64,000 nucleotides of DNA from Candidatus Multivorans sp. (GCA_965247095.1 OZ251997.1:2816001-2880000); one strand, 5' to 3'; positions 48,298-58,825 are shown, numbered from the stretch's first letter. A program made the numbers and translations. The notes: a model not told the origin generated them from the sequence alone.

Positions 48298-49413
48298 GTG
48301 AGCCACATGTCCGCAACTGACAAGGGACTGACCCTGGCGATCCTCGCCGCCGGCCGCTCAGCGAGATTCGGCCGCCCGAAAACGCTCGAGCCCGTCGGGC
48401 CGAGCGGCGAGGTGCTGTTCGAGTACGCGATCTGCGACGCCATCCGCGCCGGATGCGGGCGCGTCGTATTCGTGACGTCGGCGGACCGGACGGAACAGAT
48501 CATGAGCCGGGCCGCCGAGTATGCGGGCAGAGCCGTTCCGGTCGACTTCGTGGTGCAGTCGCTCGACGACCTGCCGGGCGGGGCGGTGCCGCCGGCGCAG
48601 AGAGCCAAACCATGGGGCACGGGTCATGCCGTCTTCGCCCTGCGGAAGAAGATCGAGGAACCCTTCCTGGTCGTCAACGCGGACGACTTCTACGGTCCGC
48701 GCGCGATCGAGTCGTTCGGCCAGCGGGTACGGGAGGCGTTGGCGCCAGGCGACGATTCGCACTTCCTGGCGGCGTATGAGCTCCATCGCACCGGCGTCTC
48801 CCGCACCAGCGGCGTCAACCGGGGGATCGTGGCCGCCGGCAGTGCCCCTGGGAACCCAGGTGGCGCGTCCCGCGCCACCTGTGAACCTTCCACCGGCCCG
48901 TCATCGGGCGCGTGGAGGCACGCGGGCATCTCGCCCGCATCCGTCTTCCGGCCTGGGAACGCGGGCGTCTCGCCCGCATCTGGCTTTCTGGAACGTTTGC
49001 ACGAGGTCTACGACGTCCGACGGACCGACTCGGGCCTCGTCGGCCGCGACGGCGCAGGGGAGGTCCGGGAACTCCCGCCCGAAACCCCGTGCTCGATGAA
49101 CCTGTGGGCCTTCCAGCCCTCCATCTTCGGCCACCTCGAAGCCGCGTTCGCGGACTTTCACGCCCGCCTTGCCCATCCGCCGGCGGACCCGCTGACCAGC
49201 GAGTTCCTGCTCAGCGAGACGGTCGGCGACCTGGTCGGAGAAGGAGCGGCCCGTGTCCGGCTGCTGCCGATGTCGCAGAGCACCGCCGGACTGACCTACC
49301 CCGGCGACCTGCCGCCCGTCGCTTCGACGTTGAGCGAGGCCGTGGCAGCCGGCGACTACCCGGCCGACTTGAGCGAGTGGTTCGCAGGGCGGTCGTCCCG
49401 GAGACTCACTTGA
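48298..49413 (+). CDS. Sugar-phosphate nucleotidyltransferase (NTP_transferase) carrying an in-frame repeat insertion
   Basis: ILAAGRSARFG..K..VGPSGE, RAKPWGTGHAV, VNADDFYG, SMNLWAF. Confidence 0.88.
   Translation: MSHMSATDKGLTLAILAAGRSARFGRPKTLEPVGPSGEVLFEYAICDAIRAGCGRVVFVTSADRTEQIMSRAAEYAGRAVPVDFVVQSLDDLPGGAVPPAQRAKPWGTGHAVFALRKKIEEPFLVVNADDFYGPRAIESFGQRVREALAPGDDSHFLAAYELHRTGVSRTSGVNRGIVAAGSAPGNPGGASRATCEPSTGPSSGAWRHAGISPASVFRPGNAGVSPASGFLERLHEVYDVRRTDSGLVGRDGAGEVRELPPETPCSMNLWAFQPSIFGHLEAAFADFHARLAHPPADPLTSEFLLSETVGDLVGEGAARVRLLPMSQSTAGLTYPGDLPPVASTLSEAVAAGDYPADLSEWFAGRSSRRLT
48845..48983 (+). repeat. Modular REP-like element (A-B-C-C) inside the CDS
   Basis: Encodes PGNPGGASRATCEPSTGPSSGAWRHAGISPASVFRPGNAGVSPASG with the frame preserved. 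Confidence 0.88.
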
Positions 49414-51170
49414 GGCTGAACAACCTCGACTGGACCGTCCTCGCCGTCTACGGCGCCCTCGCCCTCACCGTCGGGCTCGTCTTCGCGCGGCGGGCGGGCG
49501 CCGGAACTGGCCAGTTCTTCCTCGCCGGGCGGAACCTGCCGTGGTGGCTCCTCGGCACGTCCATGGTCGCCACGACGTTCTCCACCGACACGCCGAATCT
49601 GGTGACCGACCTGGTGCGGAACGGCGGCGTCTCCGGCAACTGGATGTGGTGGGCGTTCCTGATCACCGGCATGTGCACGACCTTCTTCTACGCGAAGCTC
49701 TGGCGGCGCTCCGGCGTGTTCACCGACATCGGTTTCTACGAGCTCCGGTACTCGGGGCGGGCGGCGGTCTTCCTGCGCGGCTTCCGGGCGGTGTACCTGG
49801 GCGTGTTCTTCAACGTGATGATCATGGCGGCGGTCCTGCTGGCTGGGATCAAGATCGGCGGCGTACTGCTCGGGGCCGACAAGTACACGACGGTGCTCGT
49901 CGCCGCGGCTGTCACCGCCGCGTACTCGGCCACCTCCGGCCTGTGGGGCGTCGTGGTGACGGACCTCATGCTGTTCGTCATCGCGATGGTGGGGTCCGTG
50001 GCGGCCGCTTGGTACGCGCTCGCGCATCCCGCCGTCGGCGGGCTCTCGGGCCTCGTATCGAACCCGGACATCGCTTCGCGCCTCGCCCTGCTGCCCGACT
50101 TCGGAGATTGGGAGACGGCGGCCACCGTCTTCCTGATCCCGGTCGCGGTCCAGTGGTGGTCGACCTGGTATCCGGGCGCCGAACCGGGCGGCGGCGGCTA
50201 CGCGGCTCAGCGCATGCTCGCTGCCCGCACCGAGCGCGACTCGATGGCGGCCACCCTGTGGTTCAACATCGCCCACTACGCGCTCCGGCCCTGGCCGTGG
50301 ATCCTGGTCGCGCTGGCTTCGCTGGTCGTTTACCCGACCCTAGACTCGATCGCCGCCGCCTTCCCGCACCTCGACCCATCGATCATCCGCCACGACCTGG
50401 CCTACCCGGCGATGCTCGTCTTCCTGCCGCACGGGCTGCTCGGTCTGGTCGTCGCTTCGCTCGCGGCGGCCCTGATGTCGACGATCTCCACGCATCTCAA
50501 CTGGGGCGCCTCCTACATCGTCGACGACGTCTACCGTCGCTTCGTTCGACCGGGAAGGACCGAGGCGCACTACGTCCGGGTCGCCCGGCTGTCGACGATC
50601 GGCCTGGTGGCGCTGGCGGCGGTGGTGGCGCTGTGGCTCGAGAACGCGATGCAGGCGTTCCAGATCCTGCTTCAGATCGGCGCCGGCACGGGCCTGATCT
50701 TCCTGCTGCGTTGGTTCTGGTGGCGCATCAACGCTTGGTCGGAGATCTCGGCGATGGTCGTCTCGTTCGGGGTCGCGGTGTGGTTTCAGTTCGGCCACGA
50801 AGAGGTCGGGTTGGCACTGCCTTCGACCGCTGCGCAGCTCCTCTTTGGCGTTGCGCTGACCACCGCGGTCTGGTTCAGTGTGACCATGGCCACGCGGCCG
50901 ACGGAGACGGCCGTTCTCCAGGCGTTCTACGACCGGGTGCGGCCCTTTGCGCGGGGCTGGCGCCGGGTTGTGGAGACGCGCGCCGATGAGCCCGGCAGCG
51001 CTACGGCGGCGCTGCTGGCCTGGCTGTTCGGTTGCGTCGCGGTGTACTCCGCCCTGTTCGGGACCGGAATGGCTCTGTACGGCCGCGGGCTCGAGGCCGC
51101 CGTGTTCGGCGTTGCGGCGCTGCTGGCGGGTTACGGAGTGTTCCGCCTCCTGCCGCGCACGACCGGCTGA
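49410..51170 (+). CDS. Sodium:solute symporter (SSS family)
   Basis: TTGA overlap start; FFLAGRNLPWWLLGTSMVATTFSTDTP, AQRMLAA, AALMST. Confidence 0.92.
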   Translation: MRLNNLDWTVLAVYGALALTVGLVFARRAGAGTGQFFLAGRNLPWWLLGTSMVATTFSTDTPNLVTDLVRNGGVSGNWMWWAFLITGMCTTFFYAKLWRRSGVFTDIGFYELRYSGRAAVFLRGFRAVYLGVFFNVMIMAAVLLAGIKIGGVLLGADKYTTVLVAAAVTAAYSATSGLWGVVVTDLMLFVIAMVGSVAAAWYALAHPAVGGLSGLVSNPDIASRLALLPDFGDWETAATVFLIPVAVQWWSTWYPGAEPGGGGYAAQRMLAARTERDSMAATLWFNIAHYALRPWPWILVALASLVVYPTLDSIAAAFPHLDPSIIRHDLAYPAMLVFLPHGLLGLVVASLAAALMSTISTHLNWGASYIVDDVYRRFVRPGRTEAHYVRVARLSTIGLVALAAVVALWLENAMQAFQILLQIGAGTGLIFLLRWFWWRINAWSEISAMVVSFGVAVWFQFGHEEVGLALPSTAAQLLFGVALTTAVWFSVTMATRPTETAVLQAFYDRVRPFARGWRRVVETRADEPGSATAALLAWLFGCVAVYSALFGTGMALYGRGLEAAVFGVAALLAGYGVFRLLPRTTG

Positions 51171-51183
51171 TCGCCCTGCGGCC

Positions 51184-52533
51184 CTACATCTCCTCGAACC
51201 GGGCGCTGAAGTGCGGCAGAGCTTCCGGCGCCTCAACGATCCGCAGCCCCCGAATCCGATCGCGCTGGGCGAACAACTCGATCAACGCCTCCACGACGTA
51301 GTCCATGTGGGACTGCGTGTAGACCCGCCTTGGCACGGCCAGACGAACGAGGTCTAGCGGCGGCGCTTTGCGCGCGCCGAACATGACGGTTCCGACCTCG
51401 CAGGCGCGGATGCCGGCATGCCGGTAGAGGGCGACGACCAGGGCCTGACCCGGGAACTGCTCGCGAGACAGGTGCGGGCAGAACCGGCAGGCGTCGATGT
51501 AGATGGCGTGCCCCCCCGGCGGCTCCACGATCTGAATGCCGGCAGCCAGCAACCGCTCGCCGACGTACGCCGTGCTACGGATCCGGTAGTGGAGGTAGTT
51601 CTCGTCGAGCACTTCGTGGAAGCCGAGCGCCATCGCCTCGAGGTCCCTGCCGGAGAGGCCACCGTAGGTGACGTAGCCCTCGGTCAGGATGACCAGCTCG
51701 CTGGCGCGGCGGAACAGGTCGGCATCGCGCAGAAGCAGCAGACCTCCGGTGTTGACGATGCCGTCCTTCTTGGCGCTGATCGTGGCGCCGTCGGCGAGGT
51801 CGAACATCTCGCGCACGATCTCCGGGACCGATCGCCCCTGTTGCCCCTCCTCGCGCTGCTTGATGAACCAGGCGTTCTCGGCAAAGCGGCAGGCATCGAG
51901 GAACAGCGGCAGGTCGTACCGGCGACACAACTGCCGCGTCGCGTGGAGGTTCTCCAGGCTCACGGGCTGGCCCCCGCTCGTGTTGCTGGTCACCGTGCAC
52001 ATGACCAGCGGAATTCGCGCGCCCTCGGCGGCGAGCAGCGACTCGAGCCGGGCCAGGTCGAGATTGCCCTTGAAGGGGTGGCGGTTCGTTGGATCCGCCG
52101 CTTCGGGAATGGCCAGGTCGACTGCGCGGGCGCCACTGTGCTCGATGTTCGCCCGTGTCGTGTCGAAGTGAGCGTTGTTGGGCACGATCTTCCCCGCCCC
52201 GCCGACCAGTTCGAAGAGGATTCGTTCGCTGGCGCGCCCCTGGTGGGTGGGCAGCGTCTGCTCGAAGCCCATGATGTCCCGGACGGCATCGTGAAGGCGG
52301 CGGAAGCTGGTGGAACCGGCGTAGCTCTCGTCCGCGCGCATGATCGCGGCCCACTGCTGCGCGCTCATGGCGCCCGTGCCGCTGTCGGTGAGCAGATCGA
52401 TCAGTACGTGCGCCGCCTCGATCTTGAACAGGTTGAAGCCGGCTCGGCGGAGCAACTCCTCGCGGCGCTCCGCGCTGGGTAACCGAATCGGCTCGACGGC
52501 CTTGATCCGGAATGGCTCGATGATGGTCTTCAT
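51184..52533 (-). CDS. tnaA: Tryptophanase / tyrosine phenol-lyase (PLP beta-eliminating lyase)
   Basis: EPFRIKAVEPI, IDLLTDSGT, PTHQGRASE, SAKKD (PLP lysine), YGGLSGRD, RLAVPRRVYTQSH. tnaA versus tpl is not resolved. Confidence 0.88.
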   Translation of the reverse strand: MKTIIEPFRIKAVEPIRLPSAERREELLRRAGFNLFKIEAAHVLIDLLTDSGTGAMSAQQWAAIMRADESYAGSTSFRRLHDAVRDIMGFEQTLPTHQGRASERILFELVGGAGKIVPNNAHFDTTRANIEHSGARAVDLAIPEAADPTNRHPFKGNLDLARLESLLAAEGARIPLVMCTVTSNTSGGQPVSLENLHATRQLCRRYDLPLFLDACRFAENAWFIKQREEGQQGRSVPEIVREMFDLADGATISAKKDGIVNTGGLLLLRDADLFRRASELVILTEGYVTYGGLSGRDLEAMALGFHEVLDENYLHYRIRSTAYVGERLLAAGIQIVEPPGGHAIYIDACRFCPHLSREQFPGQALVVALYRHAGIRACEVGTVMFGARKAPPLDLVRLAVPRRVYTQSHMDYVVEALIELFAQRDRIRGLRIVEAPEALPHFSARFEEM

Positions 52534-52695
52534 TGGCGGACCGCCGGGCGCTGGCGCGTGCGCCGGGCTCAATGCCCATCCTACCGCTCCTCTACTGATG
52601 GCGCGTCCCTGGGATACGCTGAACCGACCTTGGCATCTCAGCAACAAAAGAGCCTGGGATCGGCAGTCTCGGCTTCTTCTTGGCTGGACACGGCA

Positions 52696-53997
52696 ATGAA
52701 GACTTCGTTTGCCGTTTCAGTGGTGATTCTGGCGATCGCCGCGTGCGCCGCACCCGAAAAGGGACTTCAGGGTTCCGGCATCGAGTTCTTCCCTGGAAGC
52801 TATTCGCAAGCTCTGCAAAAGGCGGCTGCCGAAGACAAGCTCGTCTTCGTCGATGTCTATACCGACTGGTGCGGCCCCTGCAAGTTGATGGACTTGAACG
52901 TGTTTACGGACCCCGTGGTCGGCGACTATTACAACCGGCACTTCGTTTGCATCAAACGGAATCAGGAGGCCGAGGAGTTCGACGGCCCAGAGTTGACGGG
53001 CCGGAACGAAGTGTCCGTGTTACCCACCTACCTCTTTATCGGGCCTGACGGTGAACACGTCCATCGGGGTACCGGGTATTTCGAGCCCAAGGCGTTCGTT
53101 AAGTTCGGCGAAGCGGCGCTCGGTGGTACGGCCGACACCTTCGACGTACTCAAGGCTCGGTACGAGGCCGGCGAACGGGATCGGACCTTTGTCCAAACCT
53201 ATCTGGCAGAATCGATTCCTCGTCCTCTGACGTCTGCCCGGACCAGGGAAGGCTGGCTCTACCGGCATGAGATGCGGCAGGTGTTCGACGAATACCTTGC
53301 CGCCGGGAAGTTGCGCGATCTTGTAAACCGTGACGACTTTTCCCTGCTGGCGCACTTTCTTCAGGACGCCGGATGGAACGACCCCCTGGTCGAGTTCGTG
53401 GCCGGTAACTACGAGGCGTTTGCCTCTGTGGCGCCGGAGTCCCAGGTTGCGTTCGTGCTGCTTGAGTCCATCAAGAGATCCGTGGGAGAGGCCGCAAGCA
53501 AGGGTGATTCGTCCTATGCGCGGTTCATTGAGGAACTCGACGGTAGTTTGAAGCCTGCCTACAAGGTTCAGGTCGAGGTCATACAGAACGACTATCTGTT
53601 CAAGGAGTATCTGGTCGAGCTGGGCGACCGGTCGTACCAACGGACTCAGCAGGATTGGGCGGCCGTTGATGAGCGGTCCCGACAGGAATTCGAGGCGAAG
53701 GGCGACGCCGTGACCGCTGCGGATTACCTGCGCGCCGCACGCAGTTTGGCTCCGTGCCCTGACAAGGAGTGGCTCCGGCGGGCGCTGGAGTTCTCCCGAC
53801 GGGCTTTTGAAATGGAAGTGAGCCCCGAGACGGCCTTGACCTATATGGGCTTGCTGGAGGCTCTTGAGGAGTACGACGAGTTGACTGAGGTTGGCGAACG
53901 AGCGCTCAGCCAGATTGATGCCGGGGAAGTCGATCCGGTCTTTCTGTTCTTTATTGAAAGAATGCTCCTGAAGAGAGAGTTCGGCGCTGATAACTGA
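52696..53997 (+). CDS. Thioredoxin-like lipoprotein with helical C-terminal region
   Basis: Lipobox AIAAC; VDVYTDWCGPCK; cis-Pro LPTY. Confidence 0.88.
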   Translation: MKTSFAVSVVILAIAACAAPEKGLQGSGIEFFPGSYSQALQKAAAEDKLVFVDVYTDWCGPCKLMDLNVFTDPVVGDYYNRHFVCIKRNQEAEEFDGPELTGRNEVSVLPTYLFIGPDGEHVHRGTGYFEPKAFVKFGEAALGGTADTFDVLKARYEAGERDRTFVQTYLAESIPRPLTSARTREGWLYRHEMRQVFDEYLAAGKLRDLVNRDDFSLLAHFLQDAGWNDPLVEFVAGNYEAFASVAPESQVAFVLLESIKRSVGEAASKGDSSYARFIEELDGSLKPAYKVQVEVIQNDYLFKEYLVELGDRSYQRTQQDWAAVDERSRQEFEAKGDAVTAADYLRAARSLAPCPDKEWLRRALEFSRRAFEMEVSPETALTYMGLLEALEEYDELTEVGERALSQIDAGEVDPVFLFFIERMLLKREFGADN

Positions 53998-54017
53998 GCG
54001 CACGACGTACTGACGAC

Positions 54018-54923
54018 ATGCCGCTTGCCGGTGATCTATTGCGCCGGGACGGGGAAGAGGCGGTGCGTCTGATCGTGAAGGAGCTCGTGTCCCAGGCGCG
54101 CGAAGCCGCGCCGCGCTGCGTCGACCCGGAGGACGCCGAGGGCCTCCACGACTTCAGGGTCTCGATCCGGCGGCTGCGGAGCACCTTGAGCGCCTGGAAG
54201 GAACTGCTCCGAGGCGTCGCCGAGAAGCGGGACCCGCGGACGCTCGCCGGGTTCCAGAAACGGACCGGCTCCAGCCGCGATGCCGAGGTGGCGCTCGTGT
54301 GGCTGGAGAGCCAGGGCTCGGAACTGTGCCCCGAGCACTTGCCCGGTCTCGAGTGGGTCGAGGCGCGACTTCGTTCGGCAAGCCACACGCCGTCGGGCGA
54401 CGCACACCGGGCGGTCTGTGCCGAGTTCGCCGCGTGGGCGGGCGGCTTCGAGTCGCGCGTGTGCCACGAGGTACCGGGACCAGGCGCTGGCCCGCCGTAC
54501 GCGGAGGCGCTGGCCGAGCGGGTGGACCGGATCGCTCACCGGCTGGACGCTCGCGTTGGCGGCCTTGGCGGCGACCGGGAGCGGGGCCCGCACAGGGTCC
54601 GCATCGCGTGTAAGCGCCTCCGCTACCTGGTCGAACCGGTGGGGGCGGAAAGCGAAGTTGCGGTCTCCCTGGTTGATCGCTGCAAGCGCCTGCAGGATGT
54701 GCTCGGCACTCTGAACGACGCGAACATCCTCGACGATCTGCTGAGGGTCTACCTCGACGGCGACTCGTCTGCGAGCGAGTCCGGAGTGCTGGCGTTGTGC
54801 CGACTCAACGCGGCTCGGGCGGACGCCAGCTACCAGTTGTTCCGACTTGACTGGGTGGAGCACGGCGGTCTGCGAACCCTGCTGGACGAAGCCGCGGCTC
54901 TGGCGCGGCAGCTCCGCGGCTAG
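54018..54923 (+). CDS. CHAD domain (polyphosphate-binding) protein
   Basis: LHDFRVSIRRLRS, RDAEV, HRVRIACKRLRY, LQDVLGTLND. Confidence 0.9.
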   Translation: MPLAGDLLRRDGEEAVRLIVKELVSQAREAAPRCVDPEDAEGLHDFRVSIRRLRSTLSAWKELLRGVAEKRDPRTLAGFQKRTGSSRDAEVALVWLESQGSELCPEHLPGLEWVEARLRSASHTPSGDAHRAVCAEFAAWAGGFESRVCHEVPGPGAGPPYAEALAERVDRIAHRLDARVGGLGGDRERGPHRVRIACKRLRYLVEPVGAESEVAVSLVDRCKRLQDVLGTLNDANILDDLLRVYLDGDSSASESGVLALCRLNAARADASYQLFRLDWVEHGGLRTLLDEAAALARQLRG

Positions 54924-54969
54924 CGCGGCAGTCGACGGATCCGGAGTCGGTTCCGATAGGCTGCTGCGC

Positions 54970-55158
54970 GTGACGACCTTCGACACCGCGGTCGTCCATG
55001 ACGACGCCGCGACGAAGGCGGACCTCAAACCACTGGCAACGAAGGTCGCCCTGGCCGAGCTTGAAACACGGATGACCCGGACGCTCTACGGCGTCGCCGC
55101 CGCTCTCCTGGCCGGTCAACTGGCCGCCGTCCTGGCGCTGCTCCGGCTACTCGGTTAG
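54970..55158 (+). pseudogene. CCDC90/DUF1640-like coiled-coil + TM protein, apparently internally shortened
   Basis: TTFDT lies directly next to ATKADL..LAELETRM and a C-terminal TM; the usual intervening helical segment seems absent. Confidence 0.5.
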
Positions 55159-57101
55159 CCCTCGCCGCCCTCGCCAGGCACGTACCAGATCGGCGACGAC
55201 CAGGCTCGCTCCTGGATCGTGGCCGGCAGCCCGGGCTTCGGCGGTACTCCCGCCCGGATCGCGTCCCAGGTCGACCACCGACACGTCGGGTTCTGCAGAA
55301 CGCGAACGTAGTAGAAGGCGCGCTGGTTCGGATCGAAGTTGGGATCCTGCCAGTGCGCCTCGAGTTCGGACGCTCCCTGGCCCTCCTGGGTCGAGCAGGT
55401 CAAAAGGTCCACGGCGGCCCCGTTGTCGGAGCAGCGGTGCGAAGCGCCATCGACGGTCGCTCCGGAGGAGCAGGCGACGTCGTAGACCTCTTCGTGGTGG
55501 GCGCCCTGCTCGGTCCATCCCTTGATGACCTGCAGGCGGTCCAGCGGATCGGTGGTCGGATCCCTGATCGCCCAGACCAGGAACCGGGGCGGCCGCTGGG
55601 TCCCATCCGCCATCAGGTCGCCGCCCATGGCGACGCCTTCCGCGTAGGCCCTGGCGATCCCGTCGTCGCCGTCCAGGGTCGCCTCGTCGAAGTCGTACCC
55701 GGCGAAGAAGCGAACGCGCATGCGCGGCCCGGTGGTGGCGAACGTCTCCTTGCGCTGGAACGCGCGGAAGATGTCCTCCCTGGTGTTTGACTCGGCCCAC
55801 ACCGCGGCCAGACCCGACGCGCCCCAGTACTGCCTCGTCGGGTCGTCGTACTCGCCCGTGTCCTCACGCGGGACCGACCCGCGCTGCTCGGGCCGGATGT
55901 CCAGCAGTCCGGTCTTGCTCCAGTAGTTGTCTTCCTGGAACGACCCGGCCGCGTTGTGCGTGTCCGAGGAGCCGATCAGACCGAAGCGGAACGGATTGAA
56001 GCCCTCTTCTTCTTCCAGGGCGAGGCCGTTCAGGTAGGCGTCACGCACGTAGCTGCCCTGCGGTTGACTCGGGAAGTCGCTGCCGATCGTCCGCTCCATG
56101 ATCCCGAAGTCGGCCCACTCGTCATTGGGGGACAGGAGCGGATGGGTGTCTGAAGTGCCCTTGACCTGGGTGATCTCCACCAGCGGCTCGTTGCGCATGC
56201 GCTGCTCGGCGTAGGCCCGGTCGATGGGGTCGCCTGCCCGGTCGGTGAGCGCGAACATCCACCCGTCCGAGCCGTTCGAGTTGTGGGGTATCGCCAGGGA
56301 GTCGATGCCCTGGGCGCGCTGCTCGTCCATCCAGTCCCACAGCAGCTCCGGGTTGTTCCTGGCGTCCAGCCGGCTGAACGGAATGCCGGGCACGTTCGAG
56401 TCGCGGAAGATGACGTTCCGATGCAGGTTCTCGCCCCTGGGGCCTCCGGCGGTGAACTCGTAGGCGATGAGGGTCGTGAAGTTGCCGGGATCGTTGTGCC
56501 TCTCGGCAGCCTCCACGATCTTCTGCCAGGCACTCTTGACGATGCCGAGATCGAGCAGGTCGTCGGGGTCGACGTAGCCCCGTTCGCGTGGCAGCACTTC
56601 CTGGAACACGGCGCTGCGATCGGCCGGCGTCGCGGCGCTCCGCAAGGCGACCGAGAGTGGATGCTGGCCGACTGCCGAGTCCGGGTTGTCCATCTCCTCG
56701 AACATGCCCAGGTAGGTCGCATGGTCGGCAACCGCCAGGAAGTCGAGCGGTGCGTTCAGACGCATCTCGATGCCGGCCGCGTGCGTCAGCGGTTCTCCCT
56801 TGGCGAATCGGTACGCGTCGTCGGGGTCGTTGCGGGTGCCGAAGATGTAGGCGTCGAACGAGTACTTGGTGTGCACGTGGACGTCGCCGAAGTACGCGTT
56901 GCGTATCGATCGGCTCTCGGCAGCTTCGCCCGGGCTTCCGGACTCTGCGCCGGCCGGGCCGTCGGCTGGATCCGACCCGTCCGGAGCGTTACCGGCGCAG
57001 GCGACGGCCAGGACGAGGAGAACCGTCAAGGACGCGATCGTCCACTTGAGCGGGCGGCCAGCCGCCGTGACGGCCGGGCAACAGGTAAGGGTCTTGGGCA
57101 T
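55155..57101 (-). CDS. DUF3604 family lipoprotein (second paralog)
   Basis: YFGDVHVHTKYSFDA, NLHRNV, IPHNSN, GSSDTH, IQERAWSSPIWY; paralog of 28386-30329. Confidence 0.92.
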   Translation of the reverse strand: MPKTLTCCPAVTAAGRPLKWTIASLTVLLVLAVACAGNAPDGSDPADGPAGAESGSPGEAAESRSIRNAYFGDVHVHTKYSFDAYIFGTRNDPDDAYRFAKGEPLTHAAGIEMRLNAPLDFLAVADHATYLGMFEEMDNPDSAVGQHPLSVALRSAATPADRSAVFQEVLPRERGYVDPDDLLDLGIVKSAWQKIVEAAERHNDPGNFTTLIAYEFTAGGPRGENLHRNVIFRDSNVPGIPFSRLDARNNPELLWDWMDEQRAQGIDSLAIPHNSNGSDGWMFALTDRAGDPIDRAYAEQRMRNEPLVEITQVKGTSDTHPLLSPNDEWADFGIMERTIGSDFPSQPQGSYVRDAYLNGLALEEEEGFNPFRFGLIGSSDTHNAAGSFQEDNYWSKTGLLDIRPEQRGSVPREDTGEYDDPTRQYWGASGLAAVWAESNTREDIFRAFQRKETFATTGPRMRVRFFAGYDFDEATLDGDDGIARAYAEGVAMGGDLMADGTQRPPRFLVWAIRDPTTDPLDRLQVIKGWTEQGAHHEEVYDVACSSGATVDGASHRCSDNGAAVDLLTCSTQEGQGASELEAHWQDPNFDPNQRAFYYVRVLQNPTCRWSTWDAIRAGVPPKPGLPATIQERAWSSPIWYVPGEGGEG

Positions 57102-57136
57102 CGTGTTCTCCGGTTGGCGGCTGCGTCGATCGAGCG

Positions 57137-58825
57137 TCACTTCACCCCCATCAGCGGATCCGGCAGCCCAAGCAGATGCACCGCCACCAACCCCAGAATC
57201 CCCAGCACCAGCAGGTAGTAGATCGTCGGCAGGATCGTCTTGCGCAGCGTGGCCCCCTCGCGGTCCAGCAGGCCGACGGTGGCGGATGCGGCGACCACGT
57301 TGTGGATCGCCACCATGTTGCCGGCCGCCGCGCCGACCGCTTGCAGGGCGACAATCATCGCGGTGGACATCATGAGTCGCTCCGCGACGCCGTACTGGAA
57401 GGCGGTGAACATCAGGTTGCTGACCGTGTTCGAGCCGGCGATGAAGGCGCCAAGCGCCCCGGTCATGCCGGCGAAGAATGGCCATACGTCGCCCACGTTC
57501 GCGGCCACCCAGTCCGCCATCACCAGGGGCATCGACAGCAGGCCGGCCTCGTTCACGTCCGAGTTGATGTAGACCCGCACCATGGGGACGGTGAAGATGA
57601 GCACGAAGCCGGCGCCGAGGAGGACCTTGCCGGAGGAGGCGGCCGCGGCGCGCACGTCCGAGAACGTCATGCGGTGCAGCAGCGCCGTGATCCCCACGAC
57701 CACGAGGAGCACGAAGCCGGGCAGGTAGAGCGGCGTCGTCGCGCCCGAGACGCCACTGCCCAGGATGTCGTCCCAGCGGATCGCCGGCGTGCGGAGCCAG
57801 CCGCCCAGGGGCAACGCGGGGAGACGGGTCAGCACAAGCAGGCCGCCGAGCAGCGCGTAGGGTGCCCAGGCGTTGACGAGGCCGATGCCGCGGTCGTTGG
57901 GCTCGGTCGCCTCGTCCTCGAAACCGCTGACCCAGTCCGGCTTCCATTGGTCGCGGGCCGGGAAGTCCCAGGTGTTCGAAGGCAGCAACCAGCCGCGGCG
58001 GGCGATCGTGACCATGATCAGGAGGCCGACCGGCGCGCCCAGCAGCGACGGGAACTCCGGCCCGAGGAAGAACCCGAAGAGCACGTAGGGGACCGTAAAC
58101 GCCAGGCCGCCGGCCAAGGTGAAGGGGAGGATCGACAGCCCTTCGGTCCAGGAGCGCTTGGCGCCGAAGAACCGGGTCAGCATGACGACCATCAGAGTCG
58201 GCATCAGGACCCCGGCGGTGGCGTGGAGCACGACGGCCCGTTCGGTGACGACGGCCAGGTAGTCGAGCATGCCGATGCCTGCTTCGGCCAGATCGGCGGC
58301 GAACTCCTCGCCGCCGAGACCGCCTTGGACGCCGACCAGCACCGGCGTTCCCGCGGCGCCGAAAGTGACCGAGGTCGACTGGACCATCATGCCGAGCATC
58401 ACCGCGGCCGCGGCCGGGAAGCCGAGCGCGACCAGAAGCGGCGCGGTGACCGCCGCCGGCGTCCCGAACCCGGCGGCACCCTCGATGAAGGAGCCGAAGA
58501 GCCAGCAGACGATGACCACCTGGACCCGGCGGTCGTCGCTCAGGCCGTGGAACGAGCGGCGGATCGCGTCGACGCCGCCCGAGCGCTCCAGCGTGTGCAG
58601 GAGCAGGATCGCGCCGAAGATGATGAAGAGCAGGTCGAAGGTCAGGAACAGTCCCTGGATCGACGCCCCGGCGATGCGCGCGATCGGCATCTGCCAGATC
58701 AGCAGGGCGACCAGCACGGCCGCGGCATAGGCCGCCGGCATGGCCCGCCGGGCCGGCACCCGGAAACCGATCAGCAGGATTCCGCCCAGGGCGATCGGGA
58801 ACAGGGCCAGCAGGGCCGTGGTCAC
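57137..58825 (-). CDS. lctP: L-lactate permease (LctP family)
   Basis: [59 protein letters not shown]. Confidence 0.92.
   Translation of the reverse strand: MTTALLALFPIALGGILLIGFRVPARRAMPAAYAAAVLVALLIWQMPIARIAGASIQGLFLTFDLLFIIFGAILLLHTLERSGGVDAIRRSFHGLSDDRRVQVVIVCWLFGSFIEGAAGFGTPAAVTAPLLVALGFPAAAAVMLGMMVQSTSVTFGAAGTPVLVGVQGGLGGEEFAADLAEAGIGMLDYLAVVTERAVVLHATAGVLMPTLMVVMLTRFFGAKRSWTEGLSILPFTLAGGLAFTVPYVLFGFFLGPEFPSLLGAPVGLLIMVTIARRGWLLPSNTWDFPARDQWKPDWVSGFEDEATEPNDRGIGLVNAWAPYALLGGLLVLTRLPALPLGGWLRTPAIRWDDILGSGVSGATTPLYLPGFVLLVVVGITALLHRMTFSDVRAAAASSGKVLLGAGFVLIFTVPMVRVYINSDVNEAGLLSMPLVMADWVAANVGDVWPFFAGMTGALGAFIAGSNTVSNLMFTAFQYGVAERLMMSTAMIVALQAVGAAAGNMVAIHNVVAASATVGLLDREGATLRKTILPTIYYLLVLGILGLVAVHLLGLPDPLMGVK

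Noticed and set aside
48912-49409. N-terminal extension of the SSS symporter starting in the repeat
   Set aside because: Off-frame overlap with the nucleotidyltransferase; the TTGA-coupled start at 49410 gives a normal SSS N-terminus.
52696-53997. Second selenoprotein in the thioredoxin-like gene
   Set aside because: Active site is an ordinary WCGPC and there is no in-frame TGA.
55155-57947. 930-aa ORF suggesting an extended or fused DUF3604 protein
   Set aside because: The upstream part is an Arg/Gly-rich off-frame reading of the lactate permease; the plausible start is 57101.
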